Source of the DNA: an uncultured SAR86 cluster bacterium
GTDB taxonomy: Bacteria > Pseudomonadota > Gammaproteobacteria > Magnimaribacterales > D2472
Assembly: GCA_902511425.1 (NCBI GenBank)
Contig: CABXFE010000001.1
Span: forward strand, 18,476 to 82,475
Direction of reading: 5' to 3'
DNA length: 64,000 nt
The notes under the pieces were generated by a model. That model made no database searches. It was not told the origin of the DNA and saw only the letters and a program-made list of their open reading frames with translations. Made by a program: the position numbers and the translations under genes. This document shows positions 18,547-27,981 of this stretch, one piece after another. The number at the start of each line of letters is the position of its first letter. The first letter of the stretch is position 1.

Positions 18547-19506
18547 ATGACAGAATACCTAAAACTTTATCCTGCAATTAAGCCCTTTGATACTGGTTTC
18601 ATGATCACAGGTGAGCATGAAATTTATTATGAGCAATGCGGCAACCCAAATGGAAAACCTGCTGTCTTTTTACATGGTGGACCTGGGGGAGGTGGAAGCG
18701 AAGCTGTCAGAAGATTCTTTAATCCTGAGGCTTATAGAATTATTGTGTTTGATCAAAGAGGATGTGGCAGAAGCAAGCCTCATGCCTGTTTAACAAATAA
18801 TACTACTTGGGATCTGGTGGCAGATATTGAATCCTTGAAACAAAAATTAGATATTAATAAATGGTTAGTTTTTGGCGGTTCTTGGGGAAGTACTCTAGCG
18901 CTAGCTTACGCTCAAACTCATCCAGATTCAGTTAGTGAGATGGTCCTGCGTGGAATTTTTATGTTGAGGAAAAAAGAACTTGATTGGTTCTATCAAGATG
19001 GAGCCAGCCGTATTTTTCCAGAGGCATGGAAAAATTTCATCAATCAGATTGATGAATCCAAGAGAGATAATTTAATGCAGGCCTACCACGAAATTTTTGT
19101 AGGCTCAGATCAATCAAAAAGCTTAAATGCAGCTATTGCTTGGTCTAAGTGGGAAGCTGCTTGCAGCAGCATAAATTATTCTCCTGAAAGAGTTGAAGAA
19201 TTCTCAAATCCAGAATTTGCTTTGGCTTTTGCACTCATTGAAAATCATTACTTTATGAATGCAGGTTTTTTAAATGATGAAAACCAATTATTGGATGGTG
19301 TAGAAAAAATTAGATCGATCCCAACCATTATTGTTCAAGGAAGATATGACATTGTTTGTCCGGCCGGAACAGCCTATGAACTTTCAGAGCAATGGCCAGA
19401 GGCTTCATTGGTTATTGCGCCCTTTTCTGGGCACTCAGCTTTTGAAAAAGAAATTATCCACGAACTAATTTTGGCCACCAACCAATTTGGTGGCGTGGAT
19501 AGTTAA
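18547..19506 (+). CDS. pip: prolyl aminopeptidase (proline iminopeptidase)
   Basis: HGGPGGG oxyanion motif, GGSWGSTLA nucleophile elbow, and C-terminal GHSA. Confidence 0.9.
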   Translation: MTEYLKLYPAIKPFDTGFMITGEHEIYYEQCGNPNGKPAVFLHGGPGGGGSEAVRRFFNPEAYRIIVFDQRGCGRSKPHACLTNNTTWDLVADIESLKQKLDINKWLVFGGSWGSTLALAYAQTHPDSVSEMVLRGIFMLRKKELDWFYQDGASRIFPEAWKNFINQIDESKRDNLMQAYHEIFVGSDQSKSLNAAIAWSKWEAACSSINYSPERVEEFSNPEFALAFALIENHYFMNAGFLNDENQLLDGVEKIRSIPTIIVQGRYDIVCPAGTAYELSEQWPEASLVIAPFSGHSAFEKEIIHELILATNQFGGVDS

Positions 19507-20730
19507 ATGCAGTCATATGTTCTGCATCTTGAATGCTCTAAGACAGGGGCTGTATATTCAGCAAATCAAATTCATAATCTTTCAGAAGATGGAATGCCTT
19601 TGTTGGTGAGATATGATCTTGATAGAATCAAACAGGAGCTTTCCAAAGATAGTTGGTGCGTGAGATCAGCGCCAGGTTTTTGGCGCTATCAAGCATTACT
19701 CCCTGTCTCAAATCCTGCTTCAAAAATCTCTCTGGGAGAGGTTATAACTCCTTTAATTCCTCTAAAAGAAAGCTCAAAACTATTAGGCGGAAAACCTGAA
19801 AATATTATTGTAAAAGATGAAGGTAGACTTCCAACTGGGTCTTTCAAAGCTAGAGGTTTAGCCCTTGCTGTTTCTATGGCACATCAATTTGAGCTTAAAC
19901 ACTTGGCAATACCTACCAATGGAAATGCTGGGGCTGCATTGGCGGCTTATGCAAGACAAGCAAATATCAAAGCAACGGTTTTTTGCCCCGATGATACACC
20001 CAAGGTAAATGTTCAAGAAATTCAGCTTCAGGGAGCCGATACATATCTTGTCAATGGGTTAATCAATGATTGTGGAAAGATAGTCTTTGAGGGAAGAGAG
20101 AAAGCAGGATGGTTTGACGTCTCTACACTTAAAGAACCATATAGAATTGAGGGCAAAAAAACTATGGGCTTTGAGCTTGCAGAACAAATGGATTGGACTT
20201 TACCAGACGCAATCTTTTACCCAACAGGTGGGGGCACAGGACTTATCGGAATGTGGAAAGCATTTGCAGAGCTAAAAGAGCTTGGATGGCTTAAAGGCAA
20301 GCTACCTAAAATGATTGCTATTCAATCTTCAGGTTGTGCACCAATTGTTAATGCTTTTGATAATGGTCTGGATCATGCTCCTTTATGGGATAACGCAAAA
20401 ACTGTTGCGTCAGGTATCAGGGTGCCAGCAGCCATTGGTGATTTTTTAATTCTTGATGCTATTCGCCAATCAGATGGTTGCGCTCTGGCTGTAGAAGATG
20501 GGCATATTATTAATACTAGAGATATGATCTCCAAAAAGGATGGATTGTTGCTCTGTCCTGAAGGTGCTGCAACTGCGGCCGGATATCAAATAGCTCTTGA
20601 AAGAAAAATTATCAATGAAGACGAAAAAGTTGTGCTATTTAATTGTGCTTCAGGATTAAAATACCCTATGCCTATCGCAAATCAGATGATTAATACAGAT
20701 TTCCAAATCAATTATAAAGACTTCTCTTAA
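19507..20730 (+). CDS. threonine synthase-like PLP enzyme (Trp-synthase beta fold)
   Basis: PLP-lysine motif GSFKARG and glycine loop PTGGGTG; 407 aa. The start abuts the pip stop (TAAATG). Confidence 0.65.
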   Translation: MQSYVLHLECSKTGAVYSANQIHNLSEDGMPLLVRYDLDRIKQELSKDSWCVRSAPGFWRYQALLPVSNPASKISLGEVITPLIPLKESSKLLGGKPENIIVKDEGRLPTGSFKARGLALAVSMAHQFELKHLAIPTNGNAGAALAAYARQANIKATVFCPDDTPKVNVQEIQLQGADTYLVNGLINDCGKIVFEGREKAGWFDVSTLKEPYRIEGKKTMGFELAEQMDWTLPDAIFYPTGGGTGLIGMWKAFAELKELGWLKGKLPKMIAIQSSGCAPIVNAFDNGLDHAPLWDNAKTVASGIRVPAAIGDFLILDAIRQSDGCALAVEDGHIINTRDMISKKDGLLLCPEGAATAAGYQIALERKIINEDEKVVLFNCASGLKYPMPIANQMINTDFQINYKDFS

Positions 20731-20782
20731 TAAGAAATTAAAAATTATTATTTTCAGTAATATGTTCTGTTAATATGAGTAC

Positions 20783-21478
20783 ATGAAATATTTTATTTCA
20801 ATTTTTTTAATATTTTGCTCTATTTATTCTTCTGCCAAGGATAATGCGGCAATTAGAGCATCAAATGATTATAAATACACCTCATTTGGAATTCATTTGA
20901 TTGAATCTGATAAGTCTGGATTTGCAATTAATTTTTCTATCGATTTGCCAGGGGTATTCTATGCCACACTAGAAAGAAAAGCAGATGGGATAGATTTCAA
21001 AAAAGAATCATATGACAAGGTCGTTGATACGGCAAGAATAGGGGCACATATAGGTATAGGAGATCTTATTGGCAATATATCTTCGGGCGAAATAAGCCTC
21101 AAAGTTAAGAATCTATTTGATGTTTTTGCAGAGGTGGGGATAAAAACCTCTGACTTTGATGGAGAAAGATTTAACTTTGAAGGCGATGATAGTCATGCTA
21201 GCTTTATTGCTGGAATTCGATTTGGCAATAGCAATCATTGGGAAGGGAAAGTATTTCTAGATACGTCAAAAGAAGCAGTAATCATAGATAGTGGCAATCC
21301 TGTTTGCAGAGCTTTGAGCTGCCCACCATATGATGCAAAATTAGCTGATGACTCTGATAAAAAATTCGGTGTTGGAATTTTGTACAACTTAAACAATAGA
21401 AGTGCTATTTTTATTGAAGCGACAACTAGCCAAATTATACAAAACTCATTTAAACTAGGTTATCAAATAAATTTTTAA
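20783..21478 (+). CDS. putative outer-membrane beta-barrel protein, function unknown
   Basis: Signal peptide, alternating amphipathic strands, and a C-terminal ...LGYQINF ending in Phe. Confidence 0.5.
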   Translation: MKYFISIFLIFCSIYSSAKDNAAIRASNDYKYTSFGIHLIESDKSGFAINFSIDLPGVFYATLERKADGIDFKKESYDKVVDTARIGAHIGIGDLIGNISSGEISLKVKNLFDVFAEVGIKTSDFDGERFNFEGDDSHASFIAGIRFGNSNHWEGKVFLDTSKEAVIIDSGNPVCRALSCPPYDAKLADDSDKKFGVGILYNLNNRSAIFIEATTSQIIQNSFKLGYQINF

Positions 21479-21487
21479 GAATTGAAT

Positions 21488-21973
21488 ATGAAAAAAATAC
21501 TTTCTATTACTTTGATACTTACTTTCTTTTCCAGTTGCGCACTTTTTGTAAACGAGTATCAAGTTAATCAAAGAAAAATTATTGCCTATCTTCTTTCAGA
21601 TTTTCCAATACCAAAAAATTCTGAAATTATAAAAGATCCAACGGTGGTCCTGGGAACTGGTAATGCTGTATCTGGACGAATTGTATTGGAGTCCGGTTAC
21701 AGTCCTGCAGAGAATTTAATATTTTATGGAAACGCAACGCCTGAAACTGGATGGGAACTACTAAGCTCGAAGGTTGCAGAGGAAATTTCATTAGTTTATG
21801 GAAAAGAGGGAAGATTCGCCACAATATATATCACTCCAACAACTGGATTGGGACAATTTTTTAGCGGCGATTATGGAAGTGATATCGTAATTTCCGTTGT
21901 CCATCCCGATGCAATTGCGGACCAACTACCTTATGCTGGCTTAAACTACGACGATCTTCCAAATATAGATTAG
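21488..21973 (+). CDS. lipoprotein, function unknown
   Basis: MKKILSITLILTFFSSC lipobox. ATG 21488 preferred over the TTG at 21482. Begins 10 nt after the barrel gene's stop codon (ends 21478). Confidence 0.5.
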   Translation: MKKILSITLILTFFSSCALFVNEYQVNQRKIIAYLLSDFPIPKNSEIIKDPTVVLGTGNAVSGRIVLESGYSPAENLIFYGNATPETGWELLSSKVAEEISLVYGKEGRFATIYITPTTGLGQFFSGDYGSDIVISVVHPDAIADQLPYAGLNYDDLPNID

Positions 21974-22034
21974 CAAGCTATATAAAATCTCACTAAGATA
22001 AATTTAGTTAAAAAACTATTCCTGAATTTGTATT

Positions 22035-23192
22035 TCAAAGGTTTCCAGACGCTAGATAAATCCGCATTACTTCATGAGCATTATAATTATGAATTCTCTT
22101 GAGGTCATTTCCTGGAATATTTGTATACCTCATGGCCGCATTTCTCGCGGCAACTAGTATTGGATTTTTCAGATGATAGACTTTTCCCTGCATCATTGAG
22201 AGTTGCTGGATTTTTTTAGTGCGCTTGCTACGCACATAATCATAAGCTACTTGAGCATTTACTAAGTTAGTCATACGCTCTTTGCAAGCCATAGCAAATG
22301 AATACGAATCTTCAATTGCCATACAGGCGCCTTGCCCCAAAAATGGAACCATGGGATGAGCAGCATCGCCAAGCAGAGTTATATTATTTGTAATCATAGA
22401 TTTTAAGGGAGGTCGGATATAGATTCCCCATTTATAAAGTGTTACTGAGTCTTCAAGTGCTGGAAATATCTTTGAGTCATAAGCGGAAAAATCATCAAAT
22501 AAATCTGAAATAGAACCCTCTTCTTTCCATGATTCTTTAAATTGATAATCTTCTTTTCTAACTGCAACAAAACTAACATCTCCCTCTTTATTAATTGGAT
22601 AACTAACAATATGACTGTCAGGACCAAGTGCAAAATGGATTTTCTGAAGGCTGGATTTGCCTATGCCCCTCCAGGCACTATAGCCACTATATTTAGGATA
22701 TTGATTGGCAGCAAAAAAAATATCTCGAATTGATGATCTTATGCCATCGCATGCTGCTAAATGCTTAAGTGTAAATTTATTTTCATTAGTAAATGTGGCT
22801 TCGCATTTAACCGCATCAAAGCTTGCAAGATCATGGTGGTGAAAAATCTCTCCGCCTAGATTTTTGTATCTTGAATACAGCAGCGACATTAATGTTTGTC
22901 GACGTGTTGTTAAAACCTCCGGTGTTTGGAATGAGGATATCTCTCTGTGCGGTCCTTGAATTGAAGCCGCAGAATGAATGAAAGATTGGTCCTTTAGGTC
23001 AACATAAATATCTAGTCTATCTAACAAACGTAATGCATTCGAAGAAAGGCTAATAGCTGCACCATGAGAAGTTTCTTCTGGCATCTTTTCAAAAATTATT
23101 GCTGGAATACCCTGTTTCAAAAGAGCGCATCCAAGTGTGAGACCTGATATCCCTCCCCCTATAATTCCAATATAATTTCTATAATCGATCAT
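22035..23192 (-). CDS. FAD-dependent aromatic monooxygenase (salicylate hydroxylase/UbiH-like)
   Basis: GGGISGL dinucleotide fold, DG.RS motif (ACDGIRSSIR), and GDAAHPM..F.GQGA. Confidence 0.8.
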   Translation of the reverse strand: MIDYRNYIGIIGGGISGLTLGCALLKQGIPAIIFEKMPEETSHGAAISLSSNALRLLDRLDIYVDLKDQSFIHSAASIQGPHREISSFQTPEVLTTRRQTLMSLLYSRYKNLGGEIFHHHDLASFDAVKCEATFTNENKFTLKHLAACDGIRSSIRDIFFAANQYPKYSGYSAWRGIGKSSLQKIHFALGPDSHIVSYPINKEGDVSFVAVRKEDYQFKESWKEEGSISDLFDDFSAYDSKIFPALEDSVTLYKWGIYIRPPLKSMITNNITLLGDAAHPMVPFLGQGACMAIEDSYSFAMACKERMTNLVNAQVAYDYVRSKRTKKIQQLSMMQGKVYHLKNPILVAARNAAMRYTNIPGNDLKRIHNYNAHEVMRIYLASGNL

Positions 23193-23205
23193 TTAATGAT
23201 TTTCC

Positions 23206-23236
23206 TTGACTTAAAGCATGCTCTAAGTTGTATAGT
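23206..23236 (+). promoter_or_regulatory. candidate MerR-type promoter/operator: TTGACT-19 nt-TATAGT with an 18-bp dyad in the spacer
   Basis: -35 at 23206-23211 and -10 at 23231-23236. The dyad CTTAAAGCATGCTCTAAG (23210-23227) pairs at 8 of 9 positions. A GAGGGG SD and ATG 23279 lie downstream. Confidence 0.4.
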
Positions 23237-23278
23237 GCTTTATAAATATTACTATTGAAATGACTTGAGGGGATAAAA

Positions 23279-24391
23279 ATGGGTACAAATAAACAAATTA
23301 CTTCTACTGTAACTGATGCTGGAAAACTAGAAATAGCTATTACTGAGTATGAGCGCCCTGTTCCGGGTGATAATGAGGTACTAATTCAAGTAGAAGCGAC
23401 ACCCATTAACCCCTCTGATTTGGGTTTATTGATTGGGCCGGGTGATATCAATACACTCAAGGCTGAAGACTCAAAAATCATAATGGATGTTCCTGAAGCA
23501 ATTATGGGCGCTATGAAACCAAGGCTTAACAAACCGATGCCAGTGGGTAATGAAGGCTCTGGAGTTGTTATCGAGGCTGGAGCAAATGCACAAGAATTAC
23601 TAGGCAAAGTCGTAAGCGTTGTTGGGGGTGGAATGTATTCTCAATATAGATGTCTACCCGCAGCTAGTTGCATGGTCATGAATGAAGGAACCGAACCTCG
23701 AGATTGTGCATCAAGCTTTGTAAATCCTCTCACTGCTCTTGGCATGGTTGAAACAATGAAAATGGAAGGACATACAGCTCTTGTCCACACAGCTGCGGCC
23801 TCTAATTTGGGTCAAATGCTTGTAAAAATATGCGTAGATGATGGAGTTCAGCTCGTAAATATTGTTCGCAAGCAGGAACATGTTGATTTATTGAAATCTC
23901 TTGGTGCAGAGTTTGTTTGTAACTCATCTGATGATGTCTTTATGGAACAATTGACATCAGCAATCACTAAAACAAAAGCTACTCTTGCCTTTGATGCAAC
24001 TGGCGGTGGAGAATTGGCTGGAAAAATTCTTACTTGTATGGAAGTTGCAGCAAGAAAAAATGCAACTGAATATAGCCCGTATGGGTCTACAGAACATAAA
24101 CAGGTTTATATCTACGGAGCTCTGAATCAGTCGGGGATTACTCTACCAAATAACAGGTCCTTTGGAATGTATTGGGGAATTGGCGGATTTTTATTAACAC
24201 CATTTTTAGGAAAGGTTGGCTTTGAGAAAGTGGGTGAACTACAAGCTCGAGTTGCCAATGAGATTAAAACAACTTTTGCAAGTACTTATACTCAGGAAGT
24301 ATCTCTAGCAGAGGCCTTAACTCTTGAATCCTTAATGATATACGCAAAACAAGCCACTGGAGAAAAGTTCTTAATCAATCCAAATAGTTAA
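23279..24391 (+). CDS. medium-chain (zinc-type) dehydrogenase/quinone reductase family oxidoreductase
   Basis: 370 aa. N-terminal GroES-like region (EVLIQVEATPINPSD) followed by a Rossmann domain. Confidence 0.7.
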   Translation: MGTNKQITSTVTDAGKLEIAITEYERPVPGDNEVLIQVEATPINPSDLGLLIGPGDINTLKAEDSKIIMDVPEAIMGAMKPRLNKPMPVGNEGSGVVIEAGANAQELLGKVVSVVGGGMYSQYRCLPAASCMVMNEGTEPRDCASSFVNPLTALGMVETMKMEGHTALVHTAAASNLGQMLVKICVDDGVQLVNIVRKQEHVDLLKSLGAEFVCNSSDDVFMEQLTSAITKTKATLAFDATGGGELAGKILTCMEVAARKNATEYSPYGSTEHKQVYIYGALNQSGITLPNNRSFGMYWGIGGFLLTPFLGKVGFEKVGELQARVANEIKTTFASTYTQEVSLAEALTLESLMIYAKQATGEKFLINPNS

Positions 24392-24401
24392 AATGATACT
24401 C

Positions 24402-24430
24402 AAAAAAAGGGGGCTTTAGCCCCCTTTTTT
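24402..24430. terminator. bidirectional rho-independent terminator
   Basis: AAAAAAA-GGGGGC-TTTA-GCCCCC-TTTTTT between convergent genes. Confidence 0.85.
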
Positions 24431-24446
24431 GTAAATTAAAATTGTT

Positions 24447-24818
24447 CTAAATTAATGCCAGTGCCATCATCACTAAGCAAACAATTGAGCCAAGCCATAA
24501 AAGTGTTCTAATTCTTGCAAAGCCAGCAATGTATGTAACAACATGCCCCACTCTAAATGCGAGCCACCAACATGCCAGCCCTGTAACATCAACAGACAGC
24601 TGCATTGATAAAAGAGCCAATGCTAAAAATATTGGCAAAGTTTCTTGAAGGTTTGTATTTGCTCTCATGGCTCTCCCGGCCATAAGAGTTAACTCATGAG
24701 GCATAGGCTCATCTCTATTGGAACCCAGCCAAGGAAAATTTTTCATATTGAAACTTGCTGGTATGAGCCAGGTTTGAAGTAAAGCAAGCAATAAGGCAGC
24801 AATAATGTAAATCGTCAT
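24447..24818 (-). CDS. MAPEG family membrane protein
   Basis: 123 aa with about 3-4 TM helices, and R..RA..N..E..P.F-type motif (GRAMRANTNLQETLPIF). Confidence 0.6.
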   Translation of the reverse strand: MTIYIIAALLLALLQTWLIPASFNMKNFPWLGSNRDEPMPHELTLMAGRAMRANTNLQETLPIFLALALLSMQLSVDVTGLACWWLAFRVGHVVTYIAGFARIRTLLWLGSIVCLVMMALALI

Positions 24819-24849
24819 AAATTCTCTCCGAAATTATTAAAGTTAGAGT

Positions 24850-25638
24850 TTAAACGATTGAAATGGTCCCTTCAAAATAAATTACGCTGTTGCCCGAAAT
24901 CAAGACTCTTTCATTAGCTAATCTACAATTTAGTTTACCGCCTCGTTTAGAGAGTTGATGCGCGTCAAGTTCGTTTTTGTTGAATTGAGTGGCCCAATAA
25001 GGAGTCAACATAGTATGTGCTGATCCTGTTACAGGATCCTCTTCAATCCCTGCTTCGGGGTAAAAACATCTGGAAACAAAATCCACATCATCTCCTGGAG
25101 CAGAGATCACAAGACCTCTAGCACCGACTTTTTTAAGAAGAGAAAACTTAGGCTGCATTTCTTCAATTTGCTTCTGACTTTTGAAGATTGCTAAAAAGTC
25201 ATCTTTACCTCTTAGTAGCTTAAGTGGCTTAATACCCAATATTTCAAAAAATAAGGGGTCTGATTCTACTTCGGCTGGATAATCAACAGGAAAGTTCAAG
25301 CATAGACCTCGATCAAATCTTGTAATTTTTAGGTTCCCACTTTTAGAATCGAAGTTAATTTCTTCACCAGCAAGATTAGGATAGAATTCAAAAAGTATGC
25401 GAGCGCTGGCCAAAGTTGCATGGCCACATAGATCTACCTCAATTGATGGGGTAAACCATCTTATTGAAACCGGATTTTCGTGAATGCTGACAAAAGCTGT
25501 TTCAGATAAATTATTTTCTGTAGCTATTGATTGCATGACATCATCTTTAAGTGGTGACTCTAGGATAACAACTGCAGCAGGATTGCCTGAAAATAATTTA
25601 TCAGCGAAAGCATCAACTTGATACATTTTCAATTCCAT
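24850..25638 (-). CDS. PhzF family isomerase (YddE-like)
   Basis: YQVDAFADKLFSGNPAAVV N-terminus, catalytic SETAF, and a second half with GSAH. ATG 25626 is an equally good start. Confidence 0.85.
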   Translation of the reverse strand: MELKMYQVDAFADKLFSGNPAAVVILESPLKDDVMQSIATENNLSETAFVSIHENPVSIRWFTPSIEVDLCGHATLASARILFEFYPNLAGEEINFDSKSGNLKITRFDRGLCLNFPVDYPAEVESDPLFFEILGIKPLKLLRGKDDFLAIFKSQKQIEEMQPKFSLLKKVGARGLVISAPGDDVDFVSRCFYPEAGIEEDPVTGSAHTMLTPYWATQFNKNELDAHQLSKRGGKLNCRLANERVLISGNSVIYFEGTISIV

Positions 25639-25693
25639 GAAGTTATTTTACCCAATGTAGCTTTCAAGGCTAGAATGAATAAAAAGGATCAAC

Positions 25694-27118
25694 TTGGGCT
25701 CAGATAAACTAACAATCAAAACAAAATTAGCTTTTGGAGTTGGTGCTACGGGTGAAGGTGCAACCAACTGGATTTTTGCTGGTCTAACCTTCTTTTTTTA
25801 CAATCAAGTTCTTGGTCTATCTGGCTCACTGACAGGCTTGGCAGTTTTAATTGCAATTATTTTTGATGCTGTTTCTGATCCTATTATGGGGTCTATTTCA
25901 GATCGATTTATCTCTAAGCTTGGACGCAGGCACCCCTTCATGTTTGCGGCGCCTTTTCCTACAGTTATAGCAATCTATCTAATGTTTTTTCCACCAGATG
26001 GGTTATCAGAGTATGGCCTCTTTGGCTGGCTGATTTTCGCAACCATCTTACTTCGGCTAAGTATTACGTTGTTTGCCGTACCCCATCTAGCGTTAGGAGC
26101 CGAGCTATCTGACGATTACTTTGAACGAAGTAGAGTGATGAGCTACAACAATCTATTTGGTTATATGGGTGTCATTATCATGCACATATTTGTATGGTTT
26201 TTAATTTTCCCTTACTTTGCAAATGAGAAAATTGGGCAACTTTATCAAGAATCTTATACGCCCATAGCAATTTTTAGCATGGTATTAATTTCACTGTGTA
26301 TTCTCTCTTCAGCCTATTTTACTAAAGATAGAATCCCCTATTTAAAGCAGCCCTCTAGCAACGAATCTCATATCAAAATAACAGATTTATTTAAGGATAT
26401 TCTCGGAGCTATTAGCAATAGAAACTATGCTCGATTGCTTGTCGGCATGTTTTTTCTATCAATGCTCATTGGAACCCATGAAACTCTTGGAATTTATATG
26501 GGAACCTTCTTTTGGGAGCTATCTCCAATCCAAATTGGATGGCTGATCATTAATAATATTATCGGTTATGCCTTTGGGTTCATCCTTACAGCAAAACTTC
26601 ATCAGAGATTTGATAAGCCTATTGTCATTGTGGCTACGGTTCTTGGTCTCACAGTTTTTTGGTCTGCATCTGCTAATATTGCCTTGCTTGGCTTTGCTCC
26701 AGAAAGAGGTTCATGGGAATTAGTGCTGATGATTATTTGTCTAGGATCTATTGCTTCTGCATGTGGCTCTATCTTGCACATTAGTGTCATGTCGGCATTA
26801 GCAGATATAGCAGATGAACATGAGCTTAATACAGGCATTCGACAAGAAGGTGTTTTTTATGCAGCTCGAGCATTTTTTAGCAAGACATCAAATGGTATTG
26901 GTCATGTTATAGCTGGAGTTGCACTTGATTTTATAGCCTTCCCTGAAAATGCTGTGCCTGGTGAAATACCTGAAGATATAATCTTTAATTTGGGGTTAAT
27001 TGACGGCCCATTTGCAATGATCTGGGGACTAACTGCTGTTTTCTTTTATGCTAGATATAAGATTACTAAAGAATCACACGCTAAAATTAAAGAGCAACTA
27101 GCTATAAAAAAAGCTTAA
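25694..27118 (+). CDS. MFS transporter, glycoside-pentoside-hexuronide (GPH)-like
   Basis: 474 aa with about 12 TM helices. D-P..G..SDR-type loop (DAVSDPIMGSISDRF). TTG start. Confidence 0.7.
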   Translation: MGSDKLTIKTKLAFGVGATGEGATNWIFAGLTFFFYNQVLGLSGSLTGLAVLIAIIFDAVSDPIMGSISDRFISKLGRRHPFMFAAPFPTVIAIYLMFFPPDGLSEYGLFGWLIFATILLRLSITLFAVPHLALGAELSDDYFERSRVMSYNNLFGYMGVIIMHIFVWFLIFPYFANEKIGQLYQESYTPIAIFSMVLISLCILSSAYFTKDRIPYLKQPSSNESHIKITDLFKDILGAISNRNYARLLVGMFFLSMLIGTHETLGIYMGTFFWELSPIQIGWLIINNIIGYAFGFILTAKLHQRFDKPIVIVATVLGLTVFWSASANIALLGFAPERGSWELVLMIICLGSIASACGSILHISVMSALADIADEHELNTGIRQEGVFYAARAFFSKTSNGIGHVIAGVALDFIAFPENAVPGEIPEDIIFNLGLIDGPFAMIWGLTAVFFYARYKITKESHAKIKEQLAIKKA

Positions 27119-27339
27119 AACTTACCCCTCGTAAACCTCATTCTTATTGAATAAACCCTTATCAACGCCACAAGGGTAAGAACGGTCTGAGTGAAGATAG
27201 AAATTAATAGTGTATTAGTCCAACTCCAATTATCAATGGTGAGCCAAAGCAAAAAAGTTTGCAGGGGGAAATTAATAATCATTCCCATCATCACGACAAT
27301 GACACTTTCTCTAAAGGCAGTTTTTTCAGTTTTATTCAT
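27115..27339 (-). CDS. small two-TM membrane protein, function unknown
   Basis: 74-aa ORF with two hydrophobic helices. Begins 12 nt after the upstream gene on the same strand. Confidence 0.4.
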   Translation of the reverse strand: MNKTEKTAFRESVIVVMMGMIINFPLQTFLLWLTIDNWSWTNTLLISIFTQTVLTLVALIRVYSIRMRFTRGKF

Positions 27340-27351
27340 TTCTATCTCAAA

Positions 27352-27981
27352 TTAAGTAAGTAGTTTGTAATTACATTTTTTCATGGTTTCAGATGATAAA
27401 AAAGAGTTGATCAATTTAATTAGGCTCTTCTCTAACTCGGGAACCTGCAATGATGAATCAATATCCTTTTGTTCATGCCTTCCTCTGCCATTTACATAAT
27501 AATTCATTTTTACTAGGGGCACCTCTTGCCTTTTTAATATGTCTGCCATCCGTTCATGAAATTTTTGTTGATCTGCATGAAAATCTTCAACGTTAATAAT
27601 AATTGAGTTGGGCACTTCTTCTGACATCCTAAAGTAAGAATCATTCTTTTGATTCCACATGGCGATGCAATTTTCATAATCTTCAATAGAAAATTGAACA
27701 AAGTTCTCTAAAGATAAGTCTTTGATCTTTGGATAATGATCATAATATGGTTCTCTATGCATGGCTGAGATCCATGAATAAGGATTACGCATACAGAAAA
27801 TAAATAGGCAGTTCTGCACTTGGAATTTTGACCACTCATCTTTTGTAGGAGCGAGTCTATGCTTCCAACCTAAGAAATCATAATGCTGGAATTTCAAATT
27901 GAAATTTTTACCGGCAAAGTAACCTATGGCATTTGTGCCACAATGTCGTTCGCCAAAAACTTTGATTGAATCAATCTTCAA
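27352..27981 (-). CDS. sulfotransferase-fold protein (putative PAPS-dependent)
   Basis: N-terminal P-loop-like GERHCGTN (5'-PSB-like) and RNPYSWISA (3'-PB-like R.P....S). This is a motif-level call only. Confidence 0.4.
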   Translation of the reverse strand: MKIDSIKVFGERHCGTNAIGYFAGKNFNLKFQHYDFLGWKHRLAPTKDEWSKFQVQNCLFIFCMRNPYSWISAMHREPYYDHYPKIKDLSLENFVQFSIEDYENCIAMWNQKNDSYFRMSEEVPNSIIINVEDFHADQQKFHERMADILKRQEVPLVKMNYYVNGRGRHEQKDIDSSLQVPELEKSLIKLINSFLSSETMKKCNYKLLT

